Part shown: positions 24,562 to 34,481 of the stretch, in pieces
How positions within the stretch are numbered: position 1 is the first letter of the stretch
Layout of the letters: each line of letters opens with the position of its first letter
From: a virus
Virus record (IMG/VR): IMGVR_UViG_3300049002_000008
Span: 1 to 62,475 of that record
DNA: 62,475 bases
Reading direction: 5' to 3' (one strand)
Translations under genes and position numbers: made by a program
The notes under the pieces: model-generated
The model's database searches: none
Told to the model about the DNA's origin: nothing
The model's input: only the letters and a program-made list of their open reading frames with translations

Positions 24562-24665
24562 CCAGCTCTGTTCAGAGGTTGAAGAAGTTCGGTATGGCTC
24601 CAGTAAAGCTCACCAAGCTGCCGAACGTCTCTCGTAAGAAGAAGGGCAAAGGCAAGAGGTCATGA
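24558..24665 (+). CDS. Small basic protein (35 aa)
   Basis: ATGA overlaps at both ends. Sequence MTSSVQRLKKFGMAPVKLTKLPNVSRKKKGKGKRS. Confidence 0.35.
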   Translation: MTSSVQRLKKFGMAPVKLTKLPNVSRKKKGKGKRS

Positions 24666-24934
24666 CCACAAGGATGCCCACCCAGTGCGTCGCGTGCGTA
24701 CACCTGCGAAGCAAGGACGGCGGGGCGGTGCCAACGTGTGACGCCTTCCCCGGTGGCATACCGAACAGCATCGCCTATTACGGGGCCGACCACCGGGAGG
24801 CGCGGCGGGGCGACCACGGCGTACAGTTCGAGTTGAGGCCGGGTGCCGAGGCACGCTTCGACGACTGGCTGTTCGTGTACGCGCCCAACGAGTACGAGAG
24901 GGAGCACCGTGCCGACCAAACGGCAGGCGGGTAA
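24662..24934 (+). CDS. Hypothetical protein (90 aa)
   Basis: ORF from the track. CVAC...C motif. Confidence 0.5.
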   Translation: MTTRMPTQCVACVHLRSKDGGAVPTCDAFPGGIPNSIAYYGADHREARRGDHGVQFELRPGAEARFDDWLFVYAPNEYEREHRADQTAGG

Positions 24935-25019
24935 GGCAGGCGCGATGAAGCGCAAGGGCCTGAGTGACGCGGCGGCGAAGCGCATCGCGGGCATCACCAA
25001 GCGCAAGAAGCGGAAGTAG
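24909..25019 (+). CDS. Possible small basic protein (36 aa)
   Basis: GTG 24909. KRKGLSDAAAKRIAGITKRKKRK resembles the 18439-18618 product. Confidence 0.3.
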   Translation: MPTKRQAGKAGAMKRKGLSDAAAKRIAGITKRKKRK

Positions 25020-25166
25020 TTCGAACATCAGAGCGCGGGTACCCTGGAAAGATGGGTGCCCGCGTTGAGTGCTGCCCCGTTAGAATGGCCAAACAGGAGC
25101 AGCAGAGCGCTCCGGGCCTAGCGAGCAGAGCCGCAGGGCAACCAATCCAGCAGGGAGTTACTACCG

Positions 25167-25886
25167 ATGAAGATCCATCTTGCACTCGTTGACCCGAAGG
25201 CCCCTTGGGGCCTCCCGCTGTTCGTCGACGGCAGCGGACGCCCGGTGTACCTGGGTCGGGGCGCCGACGGAACGGACGACGATGGCGAAGGCGGTACCGA
25301 CAGTGGCGGTGACGACGACGCGGACGCCGACGACGACGGTGACGACGACAAGAAGGACAAGAAGGAACCAGGTGCTGAGGCGGACGCCGAAGTCCTGAAG
25401 AAGAAGATGCGGTTGGCGGACAAGCGGGCGGCGGAAGCCGAGCGCAAGCTTCGCGAGCTGGAAGACAAGGACAAGGGCGAGCTGGAGGTCACCCAGCGCA
25501 AGCTGAAGGAGGCCACCGAGACGAACGCCAAGCTCGTCTTGCAGGTGCGGGAGCAGGCCCTCGAGAACGCCTTCCTCTCCGTCAACGAAATCACCTGGCA
25601 TGACCCCTCGGACGCCCTCACGGCGGCCACCCGGCTCAAGCTGCTGGAGGGGGTGCAGGACGAGGACGGCGAGGTCGACCAGGCCAAGCTGAAGACGGCC
25701 CTGCAGAAGCTCGCCAAGGCCAAACCGCACTATGTGAAGAACAACACCGAAGAGGACTCGGGCTCGGGCGCAGGCGCGGGCAAGGGGACGACCGGGACAA
25801 CGACCGGGAGCGGGCGTAAGAAGGGCACGGCTGACGGACCGACGGAGCAGCAGCTCCGGGACCGTTACTCCGCCCTACGCCGTTAA
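25167..25886 (+). CDS. Scaffolding protein (putative)
   Basis: Asp-rich N-terminus, then a coiled coil. Lies upstream of the capsid gene. Confidence 0.55.
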   Translation: MKIHLALVDPKAPWGLPLFVDGSGRPVYLGRGADGTDDDGEGGTDSGGDDDADADDDGDDDKKDKKEPGAEADAEVLKKKMRLADKRAAEAERKLRELEDKDKGELEVTQRKLKEATETNAKLVLQVREQALENAFLSVNEITWHDPSDALTAATRLKLLEGVQDEDGEVDQAKLKTALQKLAKAKPHYVKNNTEEDSGSGAGAGKGTTGTTTGSGRKKGTADGPTEQQLRDRYSALRR

Positions 25887-25909
25887 TCGAAGGAGGAGGC
25901 GGACCGCAC

Positions 25910-26293
25910 ATGGCCCGTTACGACAAGTACGTTCCCGACATCTCGGGAACCCGAGCGCCGTTGAACGCGGACTGGCTGGACGCCGACCTGGGAAAGATCG
26001 TTCCGGTCAGCCTCAACACCACCGGCAAGGTTGTGAAGGGCACCGCGGGTCAGTCCGGCTTCGTCGGCGTGCTGTGCCTCACCAAGAAGCGCTACGCGGG
26101 CGACGTCGTCGACATCATGCAGTTCGGTGACATCGTCGAGGTCACCGGCACCGTGGCGGGCCAGCGATACTACGCGGTGGCGGACGGCTCCGGCATCGCC
26201 ACGACGGTGCTGCTCAACCACTTCGTCGGGTTCACCGTCGAGGCCGACCGCCTGGTCGTCCGCTGCGGTCTGGGTGTTGGGGCGGTTTCCTGA
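25910..26293 (+). CDS. Head decoration-like protein (putative)
   Basis: 127-aa ORF between the scaffold and capsid genes, matching the lambda D/E gene order. Confidence 0.4.
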   Translation: MARYDKYVPDISGTRAPLNADWLDADLGKIVPVSLNTTGKVVKGTAGQSGFVGVLCLTKKRYAGDVVDIMQFGDIVEVTGTVAGQRYYAVADGSGIATTVLLNHFVGFTVEADRLVVRCGLGVGAVS

Positions 26294-27585
26294 TGAGTCT
26301 CGCAACCCTCAACCGGCCCCGGCTGGTCATCCCGGCAACGGCCATCGCGGCGCGCCCGCTGGCCTACACCACTCCGCGCACCATCAACGTCCTCGGGGAC
26401 AGGTTTCTCAGCGGTCGCCTGGGCCTGCTGGCCGGAGCCCTCGGTGGATCGAGCGCGCTGAGCGGCATCCACGCTGTTGGAGACTCGGTCATCACGACCA
26501 CCTCCGACGGCATCGACGTGAACGTGCTGTGGGCTGAGTTCCAGGCGGCGCTGGCGCTGCTCAACGCCCAGCGTCAGCCGCTCATCGACCTGCTCACGTA
26601 CACCGTGCCGAAGCCGGTCGAGAGCGTGCCGCAGGTGGGCAACGCTGCCAAGTTCGAGAAGTCGTCCGAGTTCGGTGTGCCGCGCGCCATCCGTACCGAC
26701 GTCGACTTCTTCCAGATGGGCTTCAGCTTCGACGACTACGACGTCGGCGTGCGGTTCACCTGGAAGTTCCTCCGGGACGCGGACGCGGAGCAGGTGCGCA
26801 GCGTGAACGCGGCCATCCTCGAGGCGGACAACCGCCTCATCTTCGAGGAGGTCATGCGCTCGCTGTACCGGAACACCAACCGGACAGCCGAGATTCAGGG
26901 GGCCATCAACAACCAGGCCACCGTCTACAGCGCGTACAACGGGACGGACGGCGTCGTGCCGCCGACCTACCGCACGAACACCTTCGTCAGCACGCACACG
27001 CACTACCTCACGAGTGGTGCCACGGTGGTCGACTCGGGGGATCTCGACGACGCCATGACGCAGCTCGAGCACCACGGGTACAACGCCAGCAACGGATACA
27101 CCGAGATCCTGTGCGTCAACCCGGTCGAGGGCGACGTCATTCGGCAGTTCCGCAGCATCGCCAACGGCGGAACCGCGAAGTACGACTTCATCCCGGCGCA
27201 GGGCACGCCGACGTTCCTCCTGCCGATCACGCTGCGCGTGAACGACCAGGGCGCGGGTCAGCCTCAGGATACCTACCGAGGCATGACGGTGCTCGGGCGG
27301 TACGGCAACTTCCTCATCCTGCAGGACGACTACTTCCCGGCGGGCTACCTCACGGCGTTCGCCACCGGTGGCCGGGAGAACATCCAGAACCCCATCGGCA
27401 TCCGCGAGCATGCTCGCGCCGAGTTCCGGGGGCTGGTGCTGCTCAAGGGGCGGGATCCGAACTACCCGCTGCAGGAGTCGTACTACGGTCGGTCCTTCGG
27501 TACCGGCATCCGGCACCGCGGGGCGCTGGTCATCATCCAGCTCAAGGTCGCCGCCGGATACGTTCCTCCGACGCAGTACACCTGA
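26293..27585 (+). CDS. Major capsid protein (putative)
   Basis: 430-aa ORF after the scaffold and decoration genes, followed by a strong hairpin. Confidence 0.65.
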   Translation: MSLATLNRPRLVIPATAIAARPLAYTTPRTINVLGDRFLSGRLGLLAGALGGSSALSGIHAVGDSVITTTSDGIDVNVLWAEFQAALALLNAQRQPLIDLLTYTVPKPVESVPQVGNAAKFEKSSEFGVPRAIRTDVDFFQMGFSFDDYDVGVRFTWKFLRDADAEQVRSVNAAILEADNRLIFEEVMRSLYRNTNRTAEIQGAINNQATVYSAYNGTDGVVPPTYRTNTFVSTHTHYLTSGATVVDSGDLDDAMTQLEHHGYNASNGYTEILCVNPVEGDVIRQFRSIANGGTAKYDFIPAQGTPTFLLPITLRVNDQGAGQPQDTYRGMTVLGRYGNFLILQDDYFPAGYLTAFATGGRENIQNPIGIREHARAEFRGLVLLKGRDPNYPLQESYYGRSFGTGIRHRGALVIIQLKVAAGYVPPTQYT

Positions 27586-27591
27586 TCCGGT

Positions 27592-27632
27592 GGGGCGGGC
27601 TTCTGACTCTTCCCCGTAGCTGAGCCCGCCCC
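27592..27632 (+). terminator. 10-bp stem-loop after the capsid gene (attenuator/terminator-like, no T-tract)
   Basis: ggggcgggct (27592-27601) pairs with agcccgcccc (27623-27632). Confidence 0.4.
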
Positions 27633-27648
27633 GCCCTCCCCTTCGCAG
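27625..27648 (+). repeat. Polar C-tract/TCGCAG motif, copy 11 (intergenic)
   Basis: cccgccccgccctccccttcgcag, between the capsid gene and the 27661 gene. Confidence 0.8.
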
Positions 27649-27660
27649 TTAGGAGACGGC

Positions 27661-28119
27661 ATGAGCCGCCAGATCAACGAGGAAGAGCCGCTCAGCGCCG
27701 AGGACCGCAGGTACCTCGAGGAGCGCGGTAACTACGCGCTCATTCGGCGCATGGATGAAGTGCACGGTACCGGCCCGGAGCCGGAGGCGGAGACGGAGGA
27801 GTCCCTGGCCGCTCGCATCGGCGAGCTGGAGGCCGAGGCCAACGACCTGCGCGGACGGCAGACGGCCCTTCGCATCGCTCGAGAGCAGGAAGAGGCCAAC
27901 GTCCGGGACAACACCGTCGTCGACGGCCAGGGTGGCGCCGAGGAGGCCACCGACGACTACGAGCAGCGCAGCAAGAATGAGCTGCAGACGGAGATCGACG
28001 GCCGGAACGAAGACCGGGACGAGGAGTACCACATCTCCCGGAACGGCAGTAAGGCGCAGCTCATCGAGCGCCTGCGCGCTGACGACGCCGACGAAGACGA
28101 CGACGAGGACGAAGAGTAG
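27661..28119 (+). CDS. Acidic protein with HeH/SAP-like motifs
   Basis: SKNELQTEI and SKAQLIERLRA helix-extension-helix-like motifs. Asp/Glu-rich tail. Confidence 0.45.
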   Translation: MSRQINEEEPLSAEDRRYLEERGNYALIRRMDEVHGTGPEPEAETEESLAARIGELEAEANDLRGRQTALRIAREQEEANVRDNTVVDGQGGAEEATDDYEQRSKNELQTEIDGRNEDRDEEYHISRNGSKAQLIERLRADDADEDDDEDEE

Positions 28120-28121
28120 CC

Positions 28122-28442
28122 ATGGCAAGTGCAGGCCAGATCGCAGAGGTGCGCGAATACGTCGCGGAGCCCGGCCTCGAAGGAGGCTGGACCGACGACC
28201 GTATCGGGGATTACGTCGACCGCGAGGCCGACTTGTACCTGGCCGCCTCTGCGATCTGGTCAGCCAAGGCAGCGACCTACGCCAGCCTTGTCAACGTCAG
28301 TGAAAGCGGCTCCAGTCGGAGCATGGGCTCGTTGATCGACAACGCGCTCAAGATGGCCAAGGAGTACAAGAACCGGAGCATCACTCCGGGTAGCGAAACG
28401 GTTCCGGGGGACATCATCCTGACACGCCTCGTCCGGAAGTAG
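28122..28442 (+). CDS. Head-tail connector protein (putative)
   Basis: 106-aa ORF in the connector position. Confidence 0.45.
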   Translation: MASAGQIAEVREYVAEPGLEGGWTDDRIGDYVDREADLYLAASAIWSAKAATYASLVNVSESGSSRSMGSLIDNALKMAKEYKNRSITPGSETVPGDIILTRLVRK

Positions 28443-28448
28443 GTCGCC

Positions 28449-30887
28449 ATGGTCCGCTACTTCGGCCCCGACAACGGGAGCGCCTACTTCACGCTCCCCG
28501 ACGGCCGCCCTGCGGTGGGGCGGGTGGCCCTGGTGTTCGCCGACGAGACGGGCATCATCCCGGCGGACATCTTGGACGGGGATCGTAACACCGAAGGTGT
28601 TCCGGTTGACGAAGTGGTGGTGGACGCCAATGGGCGACTGAACTTCTGGTTCCCCGACGAGCAGCCTACCGTCTGGGTGACCCTGAACGGCGGTCCGCTG
28701 GTGCGGGTTACGGCAGACCTGCAAGACCAGCTGGACGACGCCGCGTTCGGCGGTGGTGGCGGCGGGGTCACCATCGCCGAACTGGACGCAGCCATTGCCG
28801 CACACAGCGCCGACACCACCGCGGTGCACGGCGTTGCCGATACCGCGCCCCTAGAGACGACCACCGGCGCGCAGAACAAGGCGAACGCCGCGCAGGCTAC
28901 CGCCATCGCCGCCGCCGCCGCAGATGCCACTGCGAAGGTCTCCGCGCACACCGGTGCAGCCGACCCGCACGGAGACCGCGCCTTCGCGACGGCTGGGCTC
29001 GCGGGCAAGGCTGACCTTGTCGGCGGCCTCGTGCCCAGTAGCCAGATCCCAGCCATTGCTGTCACGGAGTTCCTCGGTAACGTCGGTAGCCAAGCCGCGA
29101 TGCTGGCGCTGACCGGCCAGAAGGGCGACTGGGCGATCCGCACCGACACCGTCGGTACTTGGGTCATTACTGGCAACAACCCGACCCTGATTGGCGACTG
29201 GACCCAGATCGTCACACCGGGTGGGGGCGGTGGGACTGTCACCAGCGTCAACGGCAACCCCGGCCCGACGGTGGTGCTGGCGAAGGGCGACATCGGGCTG
29301 GGCTCAGTGGACGACACCTCGGATGCCGGGAAGCCGGTGAGCACCGCCCAACAGACCGCGCTGAACTTGAAGGCCAACCTGGCTGGCCCCACCTTCACTG
29401 GCACCGTCAGCGGCATCACCAAGGCCATGGTTGGGTTGAGCAACGTCGATAACACGGCGGACGCCAGCAAGACGTTCACCGAGAGCCAGGTCACCGGCCT
29501 AGTGGCGGACTTGGCGGCCAAGCAGCCACTCGACAGCGACCTGACCACCATCGCCGGGCTCACGGCAACCACGGACAACATGATCCAGGCAGTAGCCAGC
29601 GCCTGGGCCAGCCGGACACCGGCGCAGGTGAAGACTGCCCTAGCTATCGCGCAGGCAGACGTCAGCGGTCTCACGGCGGCTCTCAGCGGCAAGGAACCGA
29701 CCATCGCGGCGGGCACCACGGCGCAGTATTGGCGCGGTGACAAGAGCTGGCAGACACTGGACAAGACGGCTGTCGGCCTGGCCAACGTCAACAACACCAC
29801 CGACGCGGCCAAGCCCATCTCCACGGCCACCCAGACGGCCCTGGACGCGAAGGCCGACCTGGTCGGGGGCCTGGTGCCGACGGCGCAGCTTCCGGCCCTC
29901 GCCATCACCGAGGTGTTCGCGGCGGCCAGTCAGGCGGCCATGCTGGCCTTGACGGCTCAGCGCGGGGACGTGGCCCTGCGCAGCGACAACGGCAAGACGT
30001 TCATCCTCAGCACCGACAGCCCCGGCACCCTCGCGGACTGGAAAGAAGTTCAGGCAATCGGGGTTGTGCAGTCCGTCGCCGGACAGACCGGCGTCGTGGT
30101 GCTCGCCAAGGGTGACGTTGGGCTCGGCAACGTGGACAACACCAGCGACGCCAACAAGCCTGTCTCCACCGCGCAGCAGACGGCTTTGAACCTCAAGGCT
30201 GATCTGGCCAGCCCCACCTTCACTGGGACACCGGCCCTCCCGACGGGAACTACCGCTGTCACGCAGACAGCGGGGGACAACACGACAAAGCTCGCCACTA
30301 CGGCCTTCGTAGCTGCGCTGGGCGCCCTGAAGGCGAACCTGGCCAGCCCGACGTTCACGGGTACCGTCGCGGGCATTACCGCGGCGATGGTGGGGGCGCC
30401 TGCGCTCTCCGTTGTCACCACCAAGGGCGACCTGTATGCGGCGACGGGCAGCGGGGCTGTCGCGCGGCTCGCGGTAGGCGCCAACGGCACTGTCCCTCGG
30501 GCCAACTCCGCCAATGCGAACGGTTGGGAAACAGCCAATTCCAACCAGAGCAAGGAGTTCGGCTTCACCGGTACCGCCGTGGTCCAGGCAGGGACCATGA
30601 GATGGTACAACCGCACCGGTCGGACGCTCAACGTCGTAGGTTGCTGGGTCTCGGCGAACACAGCTCCGACCGGTGCGGCCATCCTGGTGGACGTCAACAA
30701 GAACGGCACGACCATCTACACGACGCAGGGCAACCGCCCCACCGTGGCTATCTCCGGCAACGGCGGCGTGCTGACCACGCCGGACATCACCACCATCGCG
30801 GACGGCGACTACATCACGGCGGACATCGACCAGATCGGCTCCACAGTGGCGGGCGCCAATCTCGTTGTCGGGGTGGTGTTCTGGTGA
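28449..30887 (+). CDS. Fibre-like repeat protein (812 aa)
   Basis: Recurrent GLGNVDNTSDA.KPVSTAQQTALNLKA.LA.PTFTGT and DLVGGLVP..Q.PA.AITE modules. Two divergent tandem copies start at about nt 29010 and 29853. Confidence 0.6.
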   Translation: MVRYFGPDNGSAYFTLPDGRPAVGRVALVFADETGIIPADILDGDRNTEGVPVDEVVVDANGRLNFWFPDEQPTVWVTLNGGPLVRVTADLQDQLDDAAFGGGGGGVTIAELDAAIAAHSADTTAVHGVADTAPLETTTGAQNKANAAQATAIAAAAADATAKVSAHTGAADPHGDRAFATAGLAGKADLVGGLVPSSQIPAIAVTEFLGNVGSQAAMLALTGQKGDWAIRTDTVGTWVITGNNPTLIGDWTQIVTPGGGGGTVTSVNGNPGPTVVLAKGDIGLGSVDDTSDAGKPVSTAQQTALNLKANLAGPTFTGTVSGITKAMVGLSNVDNTADASKTFTESQVTGLVADLAAKQPLDSDLTTIAGLTATTDNMIQAVASAWASRTPAQVKTALAIAQADVSGLTAALSGKEPTIAAGTTAQYWRGDKSWQTLDKTAVGLANVNNTTDAAKPISTATQTALDAKADLVGGLVPTAQLPALAITEVFAAASQAAMLALTAQRGDVALRSDNGKTFILSTDSPGTLADWKEVQAIGVVQSVAGQTGVVVLAKGDVGLGNVDNTSDANKPVSTAQQTALNLKADLASPTFTGTPALPTGTTAVTQTAGDNTTKLATTAFVAALGALKANLASPTFTGTVAGITAAMVGAPALSVVTTKGDLYAATGSGAVARLAVGANGTVPRANSANANGWETANSNQSKEFGFTGTAVVQAGTMRWYNRTGRTLNVVGCWVSANTAPTGAAILVDVNKNGTTIYTTQGNRPTVAISGNGGVLTTPDITTIADGDYITADIDQIGSTVAGANLVVGVVFW

Positions 30888-31588
30888 CACAGAGCGTGGG
30901 GACGCTGCTCGAGGCCTTCGCGACAGGCGGAGGCCCGAGCGCTGCGCCAGTGTTCGGCACGGCCGGTACGCACCGAGCCAGCACCACTACGACCCCAGCC
31001 TTCGCGGTACCTGCCAGCGTGGCAAACAACGACATCATCATCATCCCGATGTACGTCGACAGCCCCACGGTTACCGTGACCGCCTTCGCCACCGGATGGC
31101 AACTGCACGGAGACTTCCCGTACACCGCCAGCGGCATCATGAACCATCGGCTCATGGTGATGTGGCGCCGAGCCACCGGCGCGGACTCGGGTACCTACAC
31201 CTTCACCATCTCCGGCAACGTCTACACCGCAGGCGCAGCCCTGCGGTACACCGGATGTAAGCTGACCGGAACCCCGTTCGACACCCCGGGTGGCGGGGAC
31301 CTGTCCCTGGCACAGGACACCACCAACGGGACCGTCACACCTGCCGTCAACATGACAACGCTCGGGGCCTTCCGCAAGCTGCTACACGTCGGAACCAACT
31401 GGACAGGCGGTACCTGGACGAACCCCAGCGCGGGCGGCACCTGGACGAAGCGGATGGACGGCAACGACCACCTGCACATTCTCACGGACCGCGACCTAGC
31501 CGTTGCGGGCAACTCCGGGTCGGTGACGGCCTCGTGTACGGGCAGTGACAAGCGAACCGGATGGATCGGCGCCCTGATCGGGGCCTAG
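30884..31588 (+). CDS. Hypothetical structural protein (234 aa)
   Basis: GTGA overlap with the fibre-like gene. Confidence 0.5.
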   Translation: MTQSVGTLLEAFATGGGPSAAPVFGTAGTHRASTTTTPAFAVPASVANNDIIIIPMYVDSPTVTVTAFATGWQLHGDFPYTASGIMNHRLMVMWRRATGADSGTYTFTISGNVYTAGAALRYTGCKLTGTPFDTPGGGDLSLAQDTTNGTVTPAVNMTTLGAFRKLLHVGTNWTGGTWTNPSAGGTWTKRMDGNDHLHILTDRDLAVAGNSGSVTASCTGSDKRTGWIGALIGA

Positions 31589-31597
31589 AGGGGGTGT

Positions 31598-31996
31598 GTG
31601 ATGGGACTACCGGCAGGACCTGACGTATTCGACTCAACTACTGAGATTGCGATGCAGCGCAACCTGACGCGCGCCTTCATCGCCGCCGACGAGGACGCGG
31701 TGGTGCTGGAGCGTCGCACGCGCACTGCGAACGGGAGTGGTGGGTACGTGCTGAGCGCCCCAGCCGCCCTCCCCTCGCAGCCCATGCGTTTGATCCCGCT
31801 CCAGAGTGGGGCAGCCGAGCGGCATACGCTGGATGGCAAGCTGGTGGAACCTGGCTATGCACTGCTGGCGGATTGGGACGCGGACATGGCTCGCTGGGAT
31901 CTGTTCACTGTGAACGGACGCCGGTACGAGGTCGTGTTCATCAATGAGAACCGTTCGTACGAACTGAAGGGGGAGGTGGTCTACCATGGCGAATAG
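31598..31996 (+). CDS. Head closure / head-tail adaptor protein (putative)
   Basis: Size and position fit. C-terminal FTVNGRRYEVV motif. Confidence 0.45.
   Translation: MMGLPAGPDVFDSTTEIAMQRNLTRAFIAADEDAVVLERRTRTANGSGGYVLSAPAALPSQPMRLIPLQSGAAERHTLDGKLVEPGYALLADWDADMARWDLFTVNGRRYEVVFINENRSYELKGEVVYHGE
31758..31780 (+). repeat. Polar C-tract/TCGCAG motif, copy 12
   Basis: ccccagccgccctcccctcgcag (read as AALPSQP). Confidence 0.8.
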
Positions 31997-32360
31997 CGGT
32001 TTCAAGTGGGACATCAGCAAGTTCAAGAATCCGCAGCACATGGAGGACAAGCTGCGCCGCTCCCTGTATGGGATCTGCAAGTATTGGGATGGCCCGATCG
32101 AGGCGCACATGAAGACGAAGGCGCCTTGGACGGACCGCACCAGCAACGCGCGTTCTGGCCTGGCTGCCGCGGCCGTCAAGGAGACTGACGACATCTTCAG
32201 TGTCGTGATGACGTACTCGGTCAACTACGGTATATTCCTCGAGGTGTGCAACGACGGCAACTACGCCATCGTCAAGCCGACCATCGTGCTGTACGGGCCG
32301 AAGGTCATCAGCATGACCGAGAAGCTGTTGGACCGCCTGGATGACAGGGTGGGGCGCTGA
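31986..32360 (+). CDS. HK97 gp10-like neck/tail-completion protein (putative)
   Basis: KTKAPWTDRTSNARSGL motif. Position fits. Confidence 0.45.
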   Translation: MANSGFKWDISKFKNPQHMEDKLRRSLYGICKYWDGPIEAHMKTKAPWTDRTSNARSGLAAAAVKETDDIFSVVMTYSVNYGIFLEVCNDGNYAIVKPTIVLYGPKVISMTEKLLDRLDDRVGR

Positions 32361-32749
32361 TGTACAAGGCCATGTACGAGCTGCTGATCGGGCACACGCC
32401 CCTCACCGCGCTGGTGCCGGTGGGGAACTTCTACGAGGCGGGCAGCACCAAGGACCGCCCACATCGGCCGTACATCGTCATCGGGTGGCTGCCGCAACTG
32501 CGCAAGGCCAGCGGTCGGTACGCCAGCGTCTGCGAGGTGCGGGTGCACGACGAGCGCGGCTCGTATGCCCGCATCCGACAGGTCAACAACATCGTCCGGG
32601 CGCTGCTCCTTGGCGTGGAGCAGTTCCAGGGGTCCGACGGCTGGCTCACGCAATGCAGCTATGCGGGCGACAGCGGAGAGCTAGTGGACACCGATGCCAA
32701 CACCAACCTGCACATCACGAGTTGGGAAATCGTAGGGAGGAACACGTAA
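32360..32749 (+). CDS. Tail terminator / DUF3168-like protein (putative)
   Basis: LTALVPVGNFYEAGS...RPYIVIGW pattern. Position fits. Confidence 0.45.
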   Translation: MYKAMYELLIGHTPLTALVPVGNFYEAGSTKDRPHRPYIVIGWLPQLRKASGRYASVCEVRVHDERGSYARIRQVNNIVRALLLGVEQFQGSDGWLTQCSYAGDSGELVDTDANTNLHITSWEIVGRNT

Positions 32750-33105
32750 TGGCCAAGCAGATGCGCGGCGCCGAGGACCCGGACCCGGGCAGCACCGTCG
32801 AGACCGACGTTGCTCAGGAGGCCCCGGAATCGGCCTCGGAGCCGTCCGAGCCGCAGTACGTCGTCGTCGAGTACGTCGGCCACGAGCCGTACGGCCGGGA
32901 GTTCATCGCAAGCCACACCATCCAGAAGTCCTCGGCGGACCCCAAGCACAAGACGGAGCGGCTCAGCTTCGCCGGGCAGGCCATCGAGGTTCCCGAGGAT
33001 CTGGTGTGGCACAAGGACACCGGTTGGGTCGTGAAGGTGGACTCGACCCTCACGGAACTCATCGAGGCGCTGCGCACGCAGCCCGACCTGAAGGTTCGCG
33101 ACTAG
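32749..33105 (+). CDS. Hypothetical acidic protein (118 aa)
   Basis: TAATG overlap upstream. Confidence 0.5.
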   Translation: MAKQMRGAEDPDPGSTVETDVAQEAPESASEPSEPQYVVVEYVGHEPYGREFIASHTIQKSSADPKHKTERLSFAGQAIEVPEDLVWHKDTGWVVKVDSTLTELIEALRTQPDLKVRD

Positions 33106-33106
33106 C

Positions 33107-33307
33107 GTGGACGGCCTGGAGCTGCGGTGTGAAGAGGGCCTCCTGCATGGCATCATCCTTCCGGACGGCCAGCTCGAGGTCAAGTGCCACTCGCGGTTCT
33201 GCGGCCACGCGCCCGGGGTGGTGGTGCTCCACCGCTTCGACGTCCACACCGGCCTGGTAACGACTCGCCGGTACCGGGATCCTGCACCACAGAAGAAGGA
33301 GGAGTAA
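33107..33307 (+). CDS. Hypothetical Cys/His protein (66 aa)
   Basis: GTG start. C..C..H..C residues. Confidence 0.4.
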   Translation: MDGLELRCEEGLLHGIILPDGQLEVKCHSRFCGHAPGVVVLHRFDVHTGLVTTRRYRDPAPQKKEE

Positions 33308-33310
33308 GCA

Positions 33311-33853
33311 GTGGCTCTCACCGTCATTCCGCTGCCGTACGGTCTCCGGGACGTCAAGGTCTGCACCCTCGACGCCACCGGGACCAAGGGCACCCTCGTG
33401 GATCTGCCCAACTCGCAGACCTACGAGTTCGAGGAGAACACCAGCACGCAGGAGCTGCGCGGCGACGACTCGGTGGTGGCCAAGCGCACCACCGTCGATG
33501 CGGTCGCGTGGACCCTGGAGGCAGGCGGCATCAGCCTCGAGGCGTGCGTCGTCATGTTCGGCGGCACCATCACGAGCAGCGGCACCACCCCAGCGCAGAA
33601 GAAGGTGTACCGGCGGCTCGCGACGGACGCCTACCCGGACTTCTTCGTCGAGGGCCAGTCCCTCAGCGAGTCCGGCGGCGATGTGCACACCGTCATCTAC
33701 CGCAACAAGGCCGAGAAGTTCAGCGGCAGCCACACCGACCAGGAGTTCTGGGTCACGCACGCCGAGGGTACCGGCATCGGCAGCCTCGCCGCGGCCAACC
33801 TGAACGCGGTCTGGGATCACGTGCAGAACGAGACCGCAGCCACCATCGTCTAG
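33311..33853 (+). CDS. Major tail protein (putative)
   Basis: 180-aa ORF immediately before the chaperone pair and tape measure gene. Confidence 0.6.
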   Translation: MALTVIPLPYGLRDVKVCTLDATGTKGTLVDLPNSQTYEFEENTSTQELRGDDSVVAKRTTVDAVAWTLEAGGISLEACVVMFGGTITSSGTTPAQKKVYRRLATDAYPDFFVEGQSLSESGGDVHTVIYRNKAEKFSGSHTDQEFWVTHAEGTGIGSLAAANLNAVWDHVQNETAATIV

Positions 33854-33886
33854 CCAGTCGCCCACTCACGGAACAGGAGCACAGAG

Positions 33887-34468
33887 ATGCCAGCTTCCAA
33901 GAAGACCGCCGCCATGGCACCAGCCGCCGACTACGGCAAGGCGCCCCGCACCCCAACCGCCCGAGAGAACGCGCGCAAGGCCGCCAAGTCGACGCCAGCG
34001 GCCAAGACGGCCCGAGCCCAGCGCGGGGCACCCCAGTCCGAAGAGGCCTACGCAGCGTCGTCCTGGGGCACCGTGGTCAGCTTCGAGCTGACCACGCCCT
34101 CCGGCCAGAAGTGCCGCGCCCACGAGATGAGCATCGAGCGGCTCATCGAGATGGGCTTGCTGGAGGCCATCAACAGCCTCAGCGGCATCGTGGAGATGGA
34201 GACGCTGCCCAAGGGCGGTCCTCCTGCCGTCGACATGGCTAAGCTGCTGGCCAACACCGACCAGCTCATCGAGGTCATGGCGCTGGTCAACGTCATCGTG
34301 TGTGAGGCCGTCGAGGCACCGAAGGTGCACCCGGTGATCGACGAGGACGGCAACCCGGTGAAGCGGATCGATGGGCTGGTCTACGTCGACAGCATCCCGA
34401 TGACCGACCGCTTCTTCCTCTTCGGCGAGGTTACGGGCGGGCTGGAGAGCCTGGCCTCGTTTCGTTAG
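33887..34468 (+). CDS. Tail assembly chaperone (G-like)
   Basis: Lies upstream of the tape measure gene. Confidence 0.55.
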   Translation: MPASKKTAAMAPAADYGKAPRTPTARENARKAAKSTPAAKTARAQRGAPQSEEAYAASSWGTVVSFELTTPSGQKCRAHEMSIERLIEMGLLEAINSLSGIVEMETLPKGGPPAVDMAKLLANTDQLIEVMALVNVIVCEAVEAPKVHPVIDEDGNPVKRIDGLVYVDSIPMTDRFFLFGEVTGGLESLASFR

Positions 34469-34481
34469 GGATCCACAGAGC

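Noticed and set aside
25270-25345. Asp-codon-rich runs in the scaffold gene (and at 28080-28119) as DNA-level repeats of interest.
   Set aside because: They are simple acidic low-complexity coding segments typical of scaffold and head proteins, with no higher-order repeat structure.
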